Source: Phoronis australis (Eukaryota > Animalia > Phoronida). From it: 64,000 bases of DNA. The translations under genes and the position numbers were made by a program. How positions within the stretch are numbered: position 1 is the first letter of the stretch; each line of letters starts with the position of its first letter. Where the stretch lies: assembly GCA_002633005.1 (NCBI GenBank), contig NMRA01000032.1, positions 1,220,911 to 1,284,910 on the forward strand, read 5' to 3'. Shown here one piece after another: positions 12,601 to 25,139 of this stretch. The notes beneath the pieces are model-generated. The model was not told where the DNA came from. It did no database searches and worked only from the letters and a program-made list of their open reading frames with translations.

Positions 12601-14245
12601 GGTCGCAATAACCTGAGTGCAGTGTCCTGGATGGACCCCACAGAGATGTCAAAAAAGCCTCGATGATACCACAAAAATATCTGTTACGAAGTAATGATCA
12701 TCTCACAATAACGTCACACGAATGTCACAATGATCTTGTGATGATCTCACAAAGACATAACGAGGACCTTGTGATCATGGCTCCCTCGTTCACTCATGAA
12801 AATCTGGCGATGTCACATCAACATAACCGGTCACGAAAATGTTAACTGCAGTCCATGTACTTTCCCATTCAAACAGCCAATCACAACTAGTGGGTCGTCA
12901 TGACTACCGCTGACAGTCACAGTGCTAACCCAGTCGTCCGTCTGATAACTCGCCATCTCCTGCAAATAAAGAGATAACTGTCAACACTTTGAAAAGCTCT
13001 GATGAAAAATGCAAAACACTTATAACTTCAAAATATTTTGCGCATTGTTACAGTAATATCACCAGCCACAAATTGACTACAATCTAGCAGACATTACTTT
13101 CACCCCAATATTCTAGGGGACCAATTTGTCTCCCACAGTTGTCTTGAATGAAGGCATAACTTTCCTATTAGTCTACCTTACATGCGGTAACTATTTACCT
13201 TTCCCTTGTGGAGCACATAGAATCCATTGAAATGGCCAGCACAGACTATCAGGTCTTCACACTCCGGGTTTGGTGCTCGCACCGTTGACAAACTAGTCAG
13301 TGTTGATCCCCTGCTCCAGTATTCAGTGGAAAATATCTGAACAAGAAGAAAGCCGTTGGAAAGTTAATGCAAATACTATCAGCAAGGTCCACATAAACAA
13401 TGATGGAGTTTGAAACACCTTAGTCGTGAACGGTCAACTTCATCACGTTCTGAGCAGATAAATAGAGAGCTCACAATTTGACAACTAATTTATGTTGTTG
13501 CCTCACCTTGGTTCAATTGTTGTGAGGAAGGTAAAAATTCTTCAGATTGGAACACAGTATGGCAAACAGGTGAAATTTCATTTTGTCAAATTTCTCAACA
13601 GAAATGACTTTTCAGTAAAATTCACATTGTTTTAAAATGATTTGCTTGGTGTACCTACTACTAAACAACATTTGGTTAAAGTTTTGAGCATTTGCAAAGA
13701 TACTTCTGAAGAATAAAATATGGCAACTGAAGCAATTATTTTTATCCTAAATTGAAGATTTTTTACCATAGTTCTAGGTAAAAGTTATTTTTATCAAAAT
13801 TCACTTCAACATTAATACACAGAAACATATCAGGTTTATCCATAGATCAAAAATATTACATAATTGGTTTAGGGTATTTTTACGATAAACTGGCACACAG
13901 CCAACTGAAAATTTCTCAACAGTCATTTTATTTTAGGCAAATCATTTAAAAGAATACTCGAGGTATCTTATTTGCTTTGAATTTATTACACCAAAAACAG
14001 TATAATCTACAACTGGATTAAACTATGATTCAACATTTTTAATTCACAAACTGAAATGTTTTTACCTCGAAGTCCTGAAGAATGTATATGGCCCCAGTTT
14101 CACCTCCCAGAGCCACCTGTTGGAAAGCACCGTTAACATCCTGAACTTGGTCCCTGGCAGAGTCAAACATAAAGTGTCCTGCACACATCTAAAAAGAGAT
14201 AAATGACAATCATAAAGGCCAAAAAGCAATCTTTGTTTTTTTTTT
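9631..14245. repeat. Direct duplication of about 2.2 kb across N-gap 11828-12038 (9631-11827 vs 12039-14245); probably two haplotypes assembled in tandem
   Basis: The copies are colinear and near-identical, with scattered substitutions and small indels, and are separated exactly by the gap. Confidence 0.85.
10416..11772 (-). CDS. Second copy of the last three exons of the beta-propeller-like gene (probably allelic)
   Basis: Exons 11650-11772, 10778-10915 and 10416-10544 have the same lengths, splice sites and open frames as 14066-14188, 13199-13336 and 12831-12959. Confidence 0.6.
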
Positions 14246-17200
14246 GATAATTGACTCAGTAGTGCACAATTTTTCTAAGTTATACACTTTTTAAAAGAGA
14301 AAATCCACCCAAGGCGATAAAAAATGATGCAAGATTTGTTTCTTTATCACTTGACAAGCCATGGTGTTTCAAACATAGCTAAACTTTGTTAATATACCTT
14401 TGTGCAGCTTTTCAAAAAACTCACGAAACCTTCGATGAAACTGCAGTGGATGGACTTTTTTAGGCATTGCCAGCAGGGGCCAGTTCCAAGAAACTGACTT
14501 AAGTTCATTTTTGACCGAAGCCTAAGATTTGTCTCAAGTAACAAACTTTGAAACTTCCACATCTGGTAAGTTAGTTAAAATTAAGACAAAACTGAAGTCT
14601 TAAACTTAAGTCAAACTTAGACCTCTTTCTTGAAACAGACTTGGAACAAATTTAATCTTAAAATTGATTGAAATCTAAGATTTTTTTAGCTAAGTCAGTT
14701 TCTTGGAAAGGGCCCGTGGTTTCAAAATGAGTTGGGTAGAGACCAGAACTACCCATCTTTTTTGGCTTCACAAGCTCTTTCAATCTAGAAACAGAAATAG
14801 ATTTCTAACACTGATGAACAGTAGAAAGCCCCAGTAGATACTCTTTTGAAAAAAAGTTGAAATTTTATTAGGAAACCGGGTCATTCACTGGTTTCTTGTA
14901 GTTGGACAATGTTTCTATACATCAAGCGGGAAAACTGGTATTGCTGTCCGCTTTTGATATCAGGAGAGTTTTTATTGTGTTGCCACAGGGTAATTATCAC
15001 ATTTCAGTTTAAGTTTAGCGATGTCTTCATGGCAATAAAATACCAGCTGAAATAAACTGAAATGTCCAAGACAGAAACTGATAATTGAATTCCTCATGAA
15101 AAATTAACGTAGAATCTTCTTTTGTAGAAGAAATACAATAAAAATTGGGAAAAATTCTATAATTTGTTTTTATTTGTTGACAACAGTTTTGAGTTGATTC
15201 GTGCTCACATTAATGTAATCATTCAGAGTGACAGATAATTGGTGTTTGCATTATCATATTGGACAAAAGATTGAGTCCGGCGATTAACAAAAGGAAGATT
15301 GATATCAGGCCTCTGAAAACAGCACTAAACGAAAGTAGCTCCTTGTAATTCGTACTCTGGGCGATGTTTTTTGTTCAACAATAACGATATATATCATTTT
15401 TAAAAACAATGCTTAAAAAACACAACTGCTTCAAAACCCACGGATACAGAATAGAAGTTACGTACATGTTCAACAAGTGATAATACTCACGGCTGTAATA
15501 TTGGCTGGTGTTTGCAAACACAACACAAGCGCCCCCTGTTGGAAAACATGCAACCTACGGCAGCTGTCACCAACTAATACATAACTGGATACGTTACCAC
15601 TCGAGTCACACAAGTTGACAGCGAACAGACTCAACACAGACAGTGAATTAGCGGAGTCCTGAAAAATAAAAAACACAATTTTCAAAAAATAGCATGTAAA
15701 AGATGTTCCATCCAGGCACTGCTTTATCTAAAGTCGCATAATGTGGCAAGGTCAAATTTGACAAGTTTACACTAAAATAGAACAATTGTATAGTAGAAAG
15801 CTAGCTCACAAGGCAGTAATCAGCTCCACTCCTATCACAGTACAATTGGGTAAAATGTTACCTCTGTATGCTTTTATCTCTAATCATTATTTTGAACAAA
15901 AATTGAGATTTAGAAAAATAATGTTGACTGTGACTTTAAACCCAAAAGGCATCTTTTGAAGGGTAACAATTTTTCAAAATACATTTTGAAGTGGGCTTTA
16001 GTAACTGCAATTCTTCACTTAAACCCCTTCCCACTTTTTGCACAACTTCTATTTATTGACAAAAAATAAACATGATTCAATGAAAAGGAAACTTAACCAC
16101 TTTTATTATATTTTATGCAAACTTTACTATAAAAATTACAGAAACAAAAAATTCTGAAAATTCATAAGCTTACTGTGTGTGGTGCAACATCCGCTAGTCT
16201 GACACGTTCTGAAGAGCCGTAGGGCTTGATGAAGTAAACATGGCCATCTGTGTCACTGCAGACAATCCTAATATTTCCCACTGCAAAAGAGAAATGAGTC
16301 ACACGTCTTTAACAATGAATAACTGAAAATAACAGTAGCAAAAACTAAATGCAGTCTGTCATAGTCACTTACAGGGATCCCACATTTTGAGAACCAGTTT
16401 CCTCAAATAAATAATATGCGTCAAACTGGTTCTCAAAATTGGGACCCTCCCAGTGACAACTGCCTGATTATTAATAATCCTAGTTTGAAAACTATCTTAA
16501 TTTCGCCTTGTTTTATAGCTGATTAAAAACGAAAATCGAATTGTTCTTTACCTCCATAAAATCAATATCACAATATTCTTCACAATGATAGGATTCTATA
16601 TCCATTACCAACAAGAACTTCGAAACTATCAATGACTGAAGGAAACATTTCAGAAATTATGGTAATTCTCCACTTATTTTGCACAAAATAATTGCAAAAA
16701 TGTCCATTTTCCATTTTTGAAAGGCTGGTTACCCTTTTGCAAATCAGCAATTTCAGCAAATGTCGCATTCCGACAATTACACACTACAATCCACGCTCGT
16801 AATAGACTAAAATGTCCTTAAATAACATAGAATTTCACTCGTCAACCATCTTGTAAACTAAATAAGTTAAAATTACTGTATTGGGTCGCTTACACTAATA
16901 TAGTGAATTTCGAAAATGGTGGATGTACGCATGGCCTGTGACTGGGCAACAATTCAAGATTAGATGAACATAGAGATGTTTTTAAATCCCACGCCACTTC
17001 AGTCAAGAATTCAGTATTGACAACTAAACAGCAAAGAAATGCGACATTAAAAACATAAATTTAACAACATGCAACAGAGTCTTAATTCTTAAATATAACT
17101 TCTTTCAACAGCGCAATTGTAAAATCACACAAAATAAACAACACCGTAAGTGGAAAAAAAGTTGATGTCAAATAAGAACAAATAAAACAAAAATCAGTTT

Positions 17201-18491
17201 TAAAAAGTTTAAAAACCACACACACAAAACAACACTGGACAACTCGGGGATCATCCATTTCTATCAGTCTTCGTCTTAAAGAATGATTCCAAATCATTCT
17301 CTTACAGCGCTCAACTTTTTTTTGGAATACATTAAGCGTGCACGTTGATCATTATTAATCATCCTCCGATGTGCTTATTTTTGAGTGTTTTTAAAGACGT
17401 CTAAATAGTAATGGAAAATCTCTCAGTACTAACAGAGTACAGTGTTAGTGCGATGATTGAAAAGTGACAAAGAGCCAAAAAATGTATAAGTACAGTTCCA
17501 TCCTCAACTTACACGGGTCATCCCCAATAGTTAGGCAGCTGAGACAATGGGTGGATATGCACTTTCTCATCAAAATTTGACCATTACAAAAAATTGTAAG
17601 CGTGCCGTGGTTGTCAGTGCAGACGATGTCTGTTGACTTGAAGCGAGCGACGTCATGCAAGCAGATATTTTGTATTGATCCACCTTTTGTTTCAAACACA
17701 TCTTGAGTCTGCAAGAACATAAAAATAAAAATGTTTGCAATACGTCCCAAAATAATACAAATGAAAGTTATGAACTTGTCATTATTTACTGACATTATTT
17801 TTCAAAACTCTTACGAAATGTACGCTTATTGGCAGCCCCTCTCCCTGCCCCAAAAAGAGAGCTTCAAGAGGCATTTTCCACCTCTACAGATAATTTTCAC
17901 TGATATTTTTCAAAAACTTTAAAACCACAGGTCAACTGTTAATCTCCTTCCCTCAACGTTCTGTGTGCTTTTGAACATAATGTTCCCAAAGGCATGCAAA
18001 AATAGACAAAGCTCAACAATGATTCAGTTTGCAAACATTTTAAATCTTGTCAGTATGTCATCTGCTGGCCACATCACGTGGCCTAACAAATAGAAATCTG
18101 AAAAGATTAGTGCCCCCGACCAAACTCGAATCCAGGACCTTCTGCTAACCGTGCAGACACTCTAGCCACTGAGTCATCTGGACCACACTGTTACCTGAAA
18201 GTCCTGGCTTTGAGTCCCGGTCCAGGGCAGAAATCTTTTCAGACTTATATTCATTAGGTCACTTGATGTGGTCATCAGATGGCGTGCTGACAAGACTTAA
18301 AATGTTAGCAACATATTTTTCACGCCGTATTGAGATTAACGTACATTTACAATGATTTTGTTTGACGATGGTTATAAGATTCTTGAAACATTAACATAAG
18401 TACCTTTAATTGTTCTTTAACATTTGCAGGAATTTTATAACTTCTTATCACTCCATCATCCTGTCCCAAAACAATAACAGTGTCTTGACTT
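12831..18491 (-). CDS. Uncharacterised WD40/FG-GAP-like beta-propeller protein, at least 7 exons; first coding exon unresolved
   Basis: Phase-compatible GT-AG exons: 18404-18491 (SQDTVIVLGQDDGVIRSYK), 17513-17708 (FETKGGSIQNICLHDV..DIVCTDNHGTLTIF), 16174-16280 (IRIVCSDTDGHVYFI), 15491-15658 (VLVGDSCRRLHVF), 14066-14188 (QVALGGETGAIYIL), 13199-13336 (LIVCAGHFNGFYVL), 12831-12959 (LVVIGCLNGKVHGL, TGA). The repeated hydrophobic-G-x-x-(D/N)G-x-hydrophobic pattern fits propeller blades. A candidate start is the ATG at 21005 (MAQCAFKRTLRSTLPMENYQ), but I could not join it in phase. Confidence 0.8.
14477..14715. mobile_element. Intronic MITE with TIRs of about 25 bp (PIF/Harbinger-like GGGCC ends)
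   Basis: GGGCCAGTTCCAAGAAACTGACTTA ... TAAGTCAGTTTCTTGGAAAGGGCCC. Confidence 0.65.
16374..16447. repeat. Short intronic inverted repeat
   Basis: GGGATCCCACATTTTGAGAACCAGTTT ... AAACTGGTTCTCAAAATTGGGACCC. Confidence 0.6.
18029..18312. mobile_element. Head-to-head inverted pair of tRNA-derived SINE-like sequences, arms about 110 bp
   Basis: The left arm read on the minus strand gives GTGGTCCAGATGACTCAGTGGCTAGAGTG...AGGTCCTGGATTCGAGT (tRNA A/B-box-like) followed by a tail. The right arm (AGTCCTGGCTTTGAGTCCCGG...AATCTTTTCAGA...TAGGTCACTTGATGTGG...CTGACAAGACTTAAAATGTTAGCAA) is its inverted copy. Confidence 0.7.
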
Positions 18492-18837
18492 CTGTAAAGA
18501 TAATTAATAGATAATAAATAGATAATACAAAACCAATTAAAGCCAATATTATTACATTTTCATGACATCTTTTATTCTATTAATGCCTAGCAAAAACAAT
18601 GGCATGTAACCCATAAACAAGTGCTTGAGCGTGGTCAAAACTTGGGGGTCTGATTCAGAGCAACTCAACCGTGAACACTAAATCTGAGACAGCTGCTTGG
18701 ACTCAGACCAGTCGGCTAGCCAGAAGTGGGGTGCCGTGCCGGCTCAGACTACAAACTCCTTACAGTTTAGTGGTTGATAATCTGGACAGGTTGGGAGCTT
18801 TATGCTGATGTAGGTAAAAAATGGCCAAATAAAATCT

Positions 18838-19292
18838 GACACAAAATTAGTATCATTAAAAACTACGCTCTTCCTTGAATAAACAAAATTTTTACAGGTG
18901 TTGAAAAAATGGCATTATACCGTTATTCTGCTGCTAAAATTGTGGAACGATCTTTTGCATTGGCTTTCAGCACAATGAAATATTGCATCACCTATTGGCC
19001 AGTTTCTTTTTTCGCAGATTCTTCAATCAACTGTTGTTCTTTCACGAGATTGCGTACACGTTACAAAATTAGTGTCATTAAAAACGACACTCTTCCTTGA
19101 GTAAACAAAAATTTTTACCAGTGTTGAAAAAATTGATGTTCTACCGTTATTCTGCTGCAAAAATTGTGGAGCGATCTTTTGCATTGGCTTTCGGCGCCAT
19201 AAAATATTGTGTCACCTATCAATTGGCCACTTTTATTTTTCCCCAATTCTTCAATCAACTGCTGTTCTTTTACAAGATTGTGAACACGTCAC
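18838..19292. repeat. Two-copy tandem repeat, unit about 220 bp
   Basis: ACAAAATTAGT.TCATTAAAAAC...TACCGTTATTCTGCTGC.AAAATTGTGGA.CGATCTTTTGCATTGGCTTTC occurs at about 18841 and about 19063. Confidence 0.8.
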
Positions 19293-20212
19293 AACAAAAT
19301 TATCAGAACTGGTCTCACTTCATTATGAGTATATAGAATTTTGATACCAGCAAATTGAATTTTAGAATAAGCTTTGCTGCTGCAAAACTGCCATCATCTC
19401 CCGAGAAATGTGGCATAGAATTTAGGAAATGGCATGTGCTGTGCACATGTCATGAGCGTACTGTTTTCAAAATGACGACATACAGTTGCAAAAGGCAGAG
19501 AATTATGTAAGAAAATGATGTTTGTTAGATTGTTTTTCATTCAAATGGCTGTAAAGGACAAGGTGAGTGTCGGATGACTCCCAGATTTCGTAAGCATCCC
19601 TGCCGATCAGTGGAGTGGGGCTTAATAATTAGCTTTCATTTTACATATTGACACAAGTTTCACGGCGAGGTGACAAACAGAACTACCCGGACTGTATTGC
19701 AATTTCGAGGTCTGTCAGAGCTGAACATATGTGGTACCCAACTGTATTTTGACTATAGTCTTCAGACAGCTAGCTAGTTGACTAGCCAAACAGTGCCAAT
19801 GGCAATGGACTGGAACTGTGCCTGTGACTGTGGAAGGCTGAGTGAGAGAGAAGTTTGGCACAGGATGTTGTTGAGCTAGAAAGAATACGCAAACTTGAAA
19901 GCACCTCACACATACTTGAATAAGGAACCGACAGCCAATGTTCCATGATTCTGTGACAGCAGTTCTGACCACAAACTGCTCACAACCACAGACTCCAGCT
20001 TTCCAGCCAAACCCGGCATTACAGATACTATCGACCTCTAACGGTAGTTTTTTGTTGACGGAAGTGACACCTAGTGGTGGAGCGACAAACTTGTCACCGT
20101 GGTTCGATGAAGCCCGCTCGCCGCGCCGCGGCGGGTCCGCCTTATCTAACAGTAGAGGCATGCACTGACGGGACGAACCACTCAAGTATGGGCCGGGGGT
20201 CACAACAAAATT

Positions 20213-20895
20213 TGCTATGAAAGGGTTCACCTCATGTGGCAGAAAATTTAAGAAAGGGTCCAATTTTACAACAGAACTTTAGCAAAAGTTGAGCCCCTTC
20301 CGTCCAACCGGACGGTTTGTTAAGGATTTTGTAAAATAAGTATTTTGTATGCTTAAAACCAAATACAAAGATTATGTTGTTATAATCTCTACAAATGAAA
20401 GGATGGTGTTTTCAATTAAACTTCCCGTGGGTCTCTTTTAGTCGAGTTAACAGTGTTTAACGAAACAGTACATTTAGAGATCAATTTTGACTGCCGTCGG
20501 AGGCCGGTGCATATTTTATATTCCATAGGCGGATTTAGGGGGGGGGGGGGCCCAGGGGGCCCGGGCCCCCCCCCCCCCCCCCCTNTGCTATGAAAGGGTT
20601 CACCTCATGTGGCAGAAAATTTAAGAAAGGGTCCAATTTTACAACAGAACTTTAGCAAAAGTTGAGCCCCTTCCGTCCAAACCGGACGGTTTGTTAAGGA
20701 TTTTGTAAAACAAGTATTTTGTATGCTTAAAACCAAATACAAAGATTATGTTGTCATAATCTCTACAAATGAAAGGATGGTGTTTTCAATTAAACCTCCC
20801 GTGGGTCTCTTTTAGTCGAGTTAACAGTGTTTAACGAAACAGTACATAGAGATCAATTTTGACTGCCGTCGGAGGCCGGTACATATTTTATATTC
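20213..20895. repeat. Duplication of about 310 bp across the single n at 20585; the first copy continues into the start of a GC-rich MITE (20524-20584)
   Basis: 20213-20523 matches 20586-20895. After TATTTTATATTC the first copy reads CATAGGCGGATTTAGGGGG and the second reads TACCATGG. Confidence 0.75.
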
Positions 20896-22040
20896 TACCA
20901 TGGAATGGACACAATAAATATTAATTGTATGATTTGGTAACCTACTTGATAATTTTCCATAGGAAGTGTTGAACGAAGTGTTCTTTTAAAGGCACATTGA
21001 GCCATACATCGGTGGGTAGGCCCTACTTCAATAGTAGGCCTATATGTATTACCTTGGAAACGCCGTTACACTCAGTTACGATGTCGTTTGTTTAGCTTTT
21101 TGTTTTGACACGGGTCTTAAAACATCAACTCAGAGAAATATGGCATCCTTGTGTTATTCACTTTGAGCTGTTGGCCATTTTACCTGCCGACGTAGGCTGA
21201 ATATGCCTTTAACTAACTCAGTGCTGATCACGAGAGCTCAGCATGGATTGTGCATTCAATAGGCATCTTGGCTGTTTTATGGGGGCGTATAAGGCAGGTT
21301 TACTGGACTGCAAACAGGAATTTCATCTCTTGCTGGTCAGTTTTTAACCCTGTACCCTTGTCACCCCTAGCCCACTGGTATTCAGCAGATATAGTAATAA
21401 AGCTGTTGTTCGCTTGTTTCGTTGTTCAGTTACTTTGTTAGTCCATTTGATTGTGATGCATTCATTTTGAATTCATTAACCATGCATGATTCTCATTCAT
21501 CATGGAAAACCATGAAAAAGACAAAAATGTTTCTCGTGCATAGAAAACTCATGATGATTGAAAAGGGCAAATACTATGGGTCAAAGGCCATGGGAGTTCA
21601 AAAATTCATTTTGAGAAAGATTCAGTTATGCAAATTTACTCTCTAGTCTACTTTTTTTGGGAAAGGAAAGTCCAAATTATTTCTTATCAAGCTCATTTAA
21701 TAAAGAGACAAATTTACCAACATTATTCCACCATTGATTGTGAGCATGATTGTTTAATAGTAGGGTGAATTTGCAATGCTGAATAGTTAAGGTGATTATT
21801 TTTACATGGTTGTGTCGTTTTTTGTCAATGTTTGCGACCATATTTATTCCTCGGTAAGCTCGCAGGTGTCCTATATTTGCGAGCCAGTTTAGTCACTCTC
21901 CTTTATGTTAAGAAAAGACTTGCTGCGCCTGTGGATGCTTGCTAACTATTTATAACTTGACTGGCAGTATTTAGTGACCAACTTTGAAATGATATTAATA
22001 TAAATGATATTAATTTAGTTCATGTTGTTTGATGACTATG

Positions 22041-22196
22041 CAGTGGCGGATTTAGAGGAGGGCCAAAGGGGCCAAGGCCCCCCTAAAATTCTCCCAGATT
22101 ACATTTGGCTGTTCGGGGGTGTGAATGTCTGGCGGGCAAAATCCTGGCTAATACTCTACCCTGACCCCCCAACTCAAAATTCTGGATTCGCCCCTG
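22041..22196. mobile_element. MITE (CAGTGGCGGATTTAGA ... TCTGGATTCGCCCCTG)
   Basis: Imperfect TIRs of the same general family as 9347-9583. Confidence 0.65.
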
Positions 22197-22420
22197 ATTA
22201 AACTGTCTAAAATTACGAACCAAAGTGGTTAATTTAGTTACGTTTCTCATTTCGTTGTTTTAGAATAAAGTAAAGAAATGTTTTCCAATTGTTGAACGTG
22301 GCATGATAAGTTTGTTTGGAAGTGTATGTAGGATGTACCAAAATTTGACAAGGATTTGATCTGCGTCATATTTCTTCATTTGTGATTTTTGTCTTTTCGG
22401 AAGTAGCCTATTTAAGTTTA

Positions 22421-22917
22421 CAGAGGTGGAACCAGAATTTTATAAAAGTGGGGGAGGGGTACGCAGGGGTAGATCCAGGATTTTTTAGTTTGGGGGCCAG
22501 GGCACAGGAATAACCAGAATTTCGCCACACACGCGCGCCCAGGCTAAAATGTAGGGATGTAGGGGTGTCAAATTTTTGGGTTTGTGAACCTTGTTACTAA
22601 AAAGAAAACAAAAGAACCATACACGGGGTTTGTTCAAGGCCTATGTATTGTGCATTCACGCCCGAGCCCCCCTGGGTGCGCGCATAAGCCACTCAGCAAT
22701 TCGCACCCGGAACTAGCAAATGGTATTTGGGAGAATTTTAGGGGGGCCATGGCCTCCTTACCCCCGCCCCCCTCTAAGTCCGCCACGGGGGGTACGGATC
22801 AAGGATTTTTAAAAGGGGGGTCCAAATCAACAATTTGAAAAGTCTAGATTTGATATCACTGAAATCAAAGGAAAAAGAGGGTCGGGACCCCCTTGACACC
22901 CTTGGATCCGCCTATGG
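22421..22917. mobile_element. Cluster of nested or adjacent GC-rich MITE fragments
   Basis: Several related termini: CAGAGGTGGAACCAGA, CAGGGGTAGATCCAGGA, CTAAGTCCGCCAC, ACGGATCAAGGA, TGGATCCGCCTATG. Confidence 0.5.
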
Positions 22918-23129
22918 TTGATATAGTTTGTAGCCTACTAAAACGTTGGAGTTGTAATTTATTTATGTTAAATCAAAATATTTATCTTTACTTTTGATAA
23001 AGCGTTTTGATCAGATACACAAGTTATTAATTTCTGTTCGTTCAACATCATCTGGCTTCTATTATAGGTCCACTTCAGGCGTCGGTGAGAAATGTTCCCT
23101 CAGCCTGCACACGGGCTGAATAGTAGCAC

Positions 23130-23131
23130 TG

Positions 23132-23193
<62 letters not shown>
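23130..23193. repeat. (TG)n microsatellite running into N-gap 23194-23395
   Basis: Read directly from the sequence. Confidence 0.95.
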
Positions 23194-25139
23194 NNNNNNN
23201 NNNNNNNNNNNNNNNNNNNNNNNNNNNNNNNNNNNNNNNNNNNNNNNNNNNNNNNNNNNNNNNNNNNNNNNNNNNNNNNNNNNNNNNNNNNNNNNNNNNN
23301 NNNNNNNNNNNNNNNNNNNNNNNNNNNNNNNNNNNNNNNNNNNNNNNNNNNNNNNNNNNNNNNNNNNNNNNNNNNNNNNNNNNNNNNNNNNNNNNGAACA
23401 CGGAGTTATAATTAACACATACCACGACTCTGGATACAATTTAGTCAGCAAAACTTGAACGAATCGATGAAAATCTGTCGCGGTTTGTTCGAGTTTCTCT
23501 CAGTCACGGTTACCGGGTGCCATTTTGAGGAAGTTACGTGAAATTACGCATGTTGACGAATAAAAAATCCAAGGGACACACATCTTACAAGTTTCACCCG
23601 ATACCTTCACATGCTATTTTACAAGTGTCGCACGCTAGCGTCACGCGCTTCGCTCAGTCTAACCTTGCGCCTAACTCACGGGATTCAGTTGACATGCTTT
23701 GTAGTTATCGCGCACGCGGTGATAAAATTAACGGCAACAAAAAAGTGGAGTTGTAATTCTTCGCCAAAGTCAACTTAATTCTCACAACTAAGCTTCATTT
23801 CTTCGCGCTCATACCGCGTATTATGCTTGTTACTATGGCCGCTTTCGGAATCCTGACCACAGCACCCACAATGCACCATTTTAACCTAATTTCAATATGG
23901 CGTCGCTGCAAATCCGCTATTTCACCCTTATTATGCTTAGCTGCACTCCTGTGTTTTGTCTCTCAATGTAAACACTAAGTGTTTCTATTTCTATTGTGTG
24001 CCAGTCGACCTGATAGCGGGTTGTGTTTGAATTTAAATAATGAACTGTCGTTGCAAATTTAGTTCTTCTAGAACGTCTTTTATCAGAACACTGGAATGTA
24101 AAACAAGGTTGTTACTTGTCTTTGTATTTATTTTATTATAAATAAAACAAAATTACAGAGTGCAGATCCTGGATGTCATATGCTCAATACCTCGTAAACA
24201 AACTAAGAATCTGCCTAAACTAAGTAACCAAAAATCTTGTTGACCTGATAAATAAGTAACAGAAATAATATGAAGTTTCCAGTAGGATACACATCATATT
24301 TAGTAGATCTTAAAGCTAGGTGGCGACTAAAACGAGACAATAGACAAGTTTTAATGGAAAGTCAATATGTTATCGCAGTCAAAAATCAATTTCGATAATA
24401 GAAATCAGTATCAAAATCAACAAAATTTTTGGTAAACAAAGACACGTGTGATATCACTCAAGTTGTGATTGAACATCAATCGTGGATTGTCCTTAAGCTT
24501 CCTCAAAAAGTCAGCACTATTCACTGAGCAATTCCGGAAAAGGAATCTCCGCCATATTTTAAAGATGTTAAAAAGTACCCCACCGCTATTACATAATGGG
24601 TGACTTCCAACTTGATTCACATAATAACAATTGGATGTTCAGAAACAACCTTTCTGTTCCTAAGCTTCTATCACTTTTTCGTAGGAAATTATTTTCTGAA
24701 AAGATTTTTTTCACTCTTGTAACTTCTGAACGATGTAACCAGTGAAGTCCATTGTAGACCGTATGTACTGACCAGTCTCAAAGCTGTGAGTTATGGTTGC
24801 TGCTTTATATGATTAGTGTAGTTGTTACTGGCTACGACGTCTTAATAAAACGTTTATTTCGAATCAGAACGAACCACGTCCTTCTCGATACTAAAATCGT
24901 TCTCTTCAAAACCCAAATGTCGCATTGGACAACTTTTTAAGACAAAAATCTGTTTATCGCTTGACTGAAGGGTGCGAAATCAAAAATGAACAACATTGAG
25001 CTAGTCGCGTATTCATTAGAATGAGATAACGTGGTTCCATCGCAACTGGGCAGAGCTCAAAGACATTGTATACCTGTAATGACGGGCACACATAACGCAA
25101 ACCAGCTGACCTATAGGCCTACACAGAGATTTTACATGA

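Noticed and set aside
19550-20207. Possible solo LTR (TGT...ACA) and overlapping 182-aa ORF 19715-20263
   Set aside because: No matching TSD, no second copy in the window, and no recognisable motif in the ORF.
21053-21180. Candidate first coding exon of the beta-propeller gene (AAG|GTAAT donor)
   Set aside because: All three frames contain stops. At best it is a 5' UTR exon.
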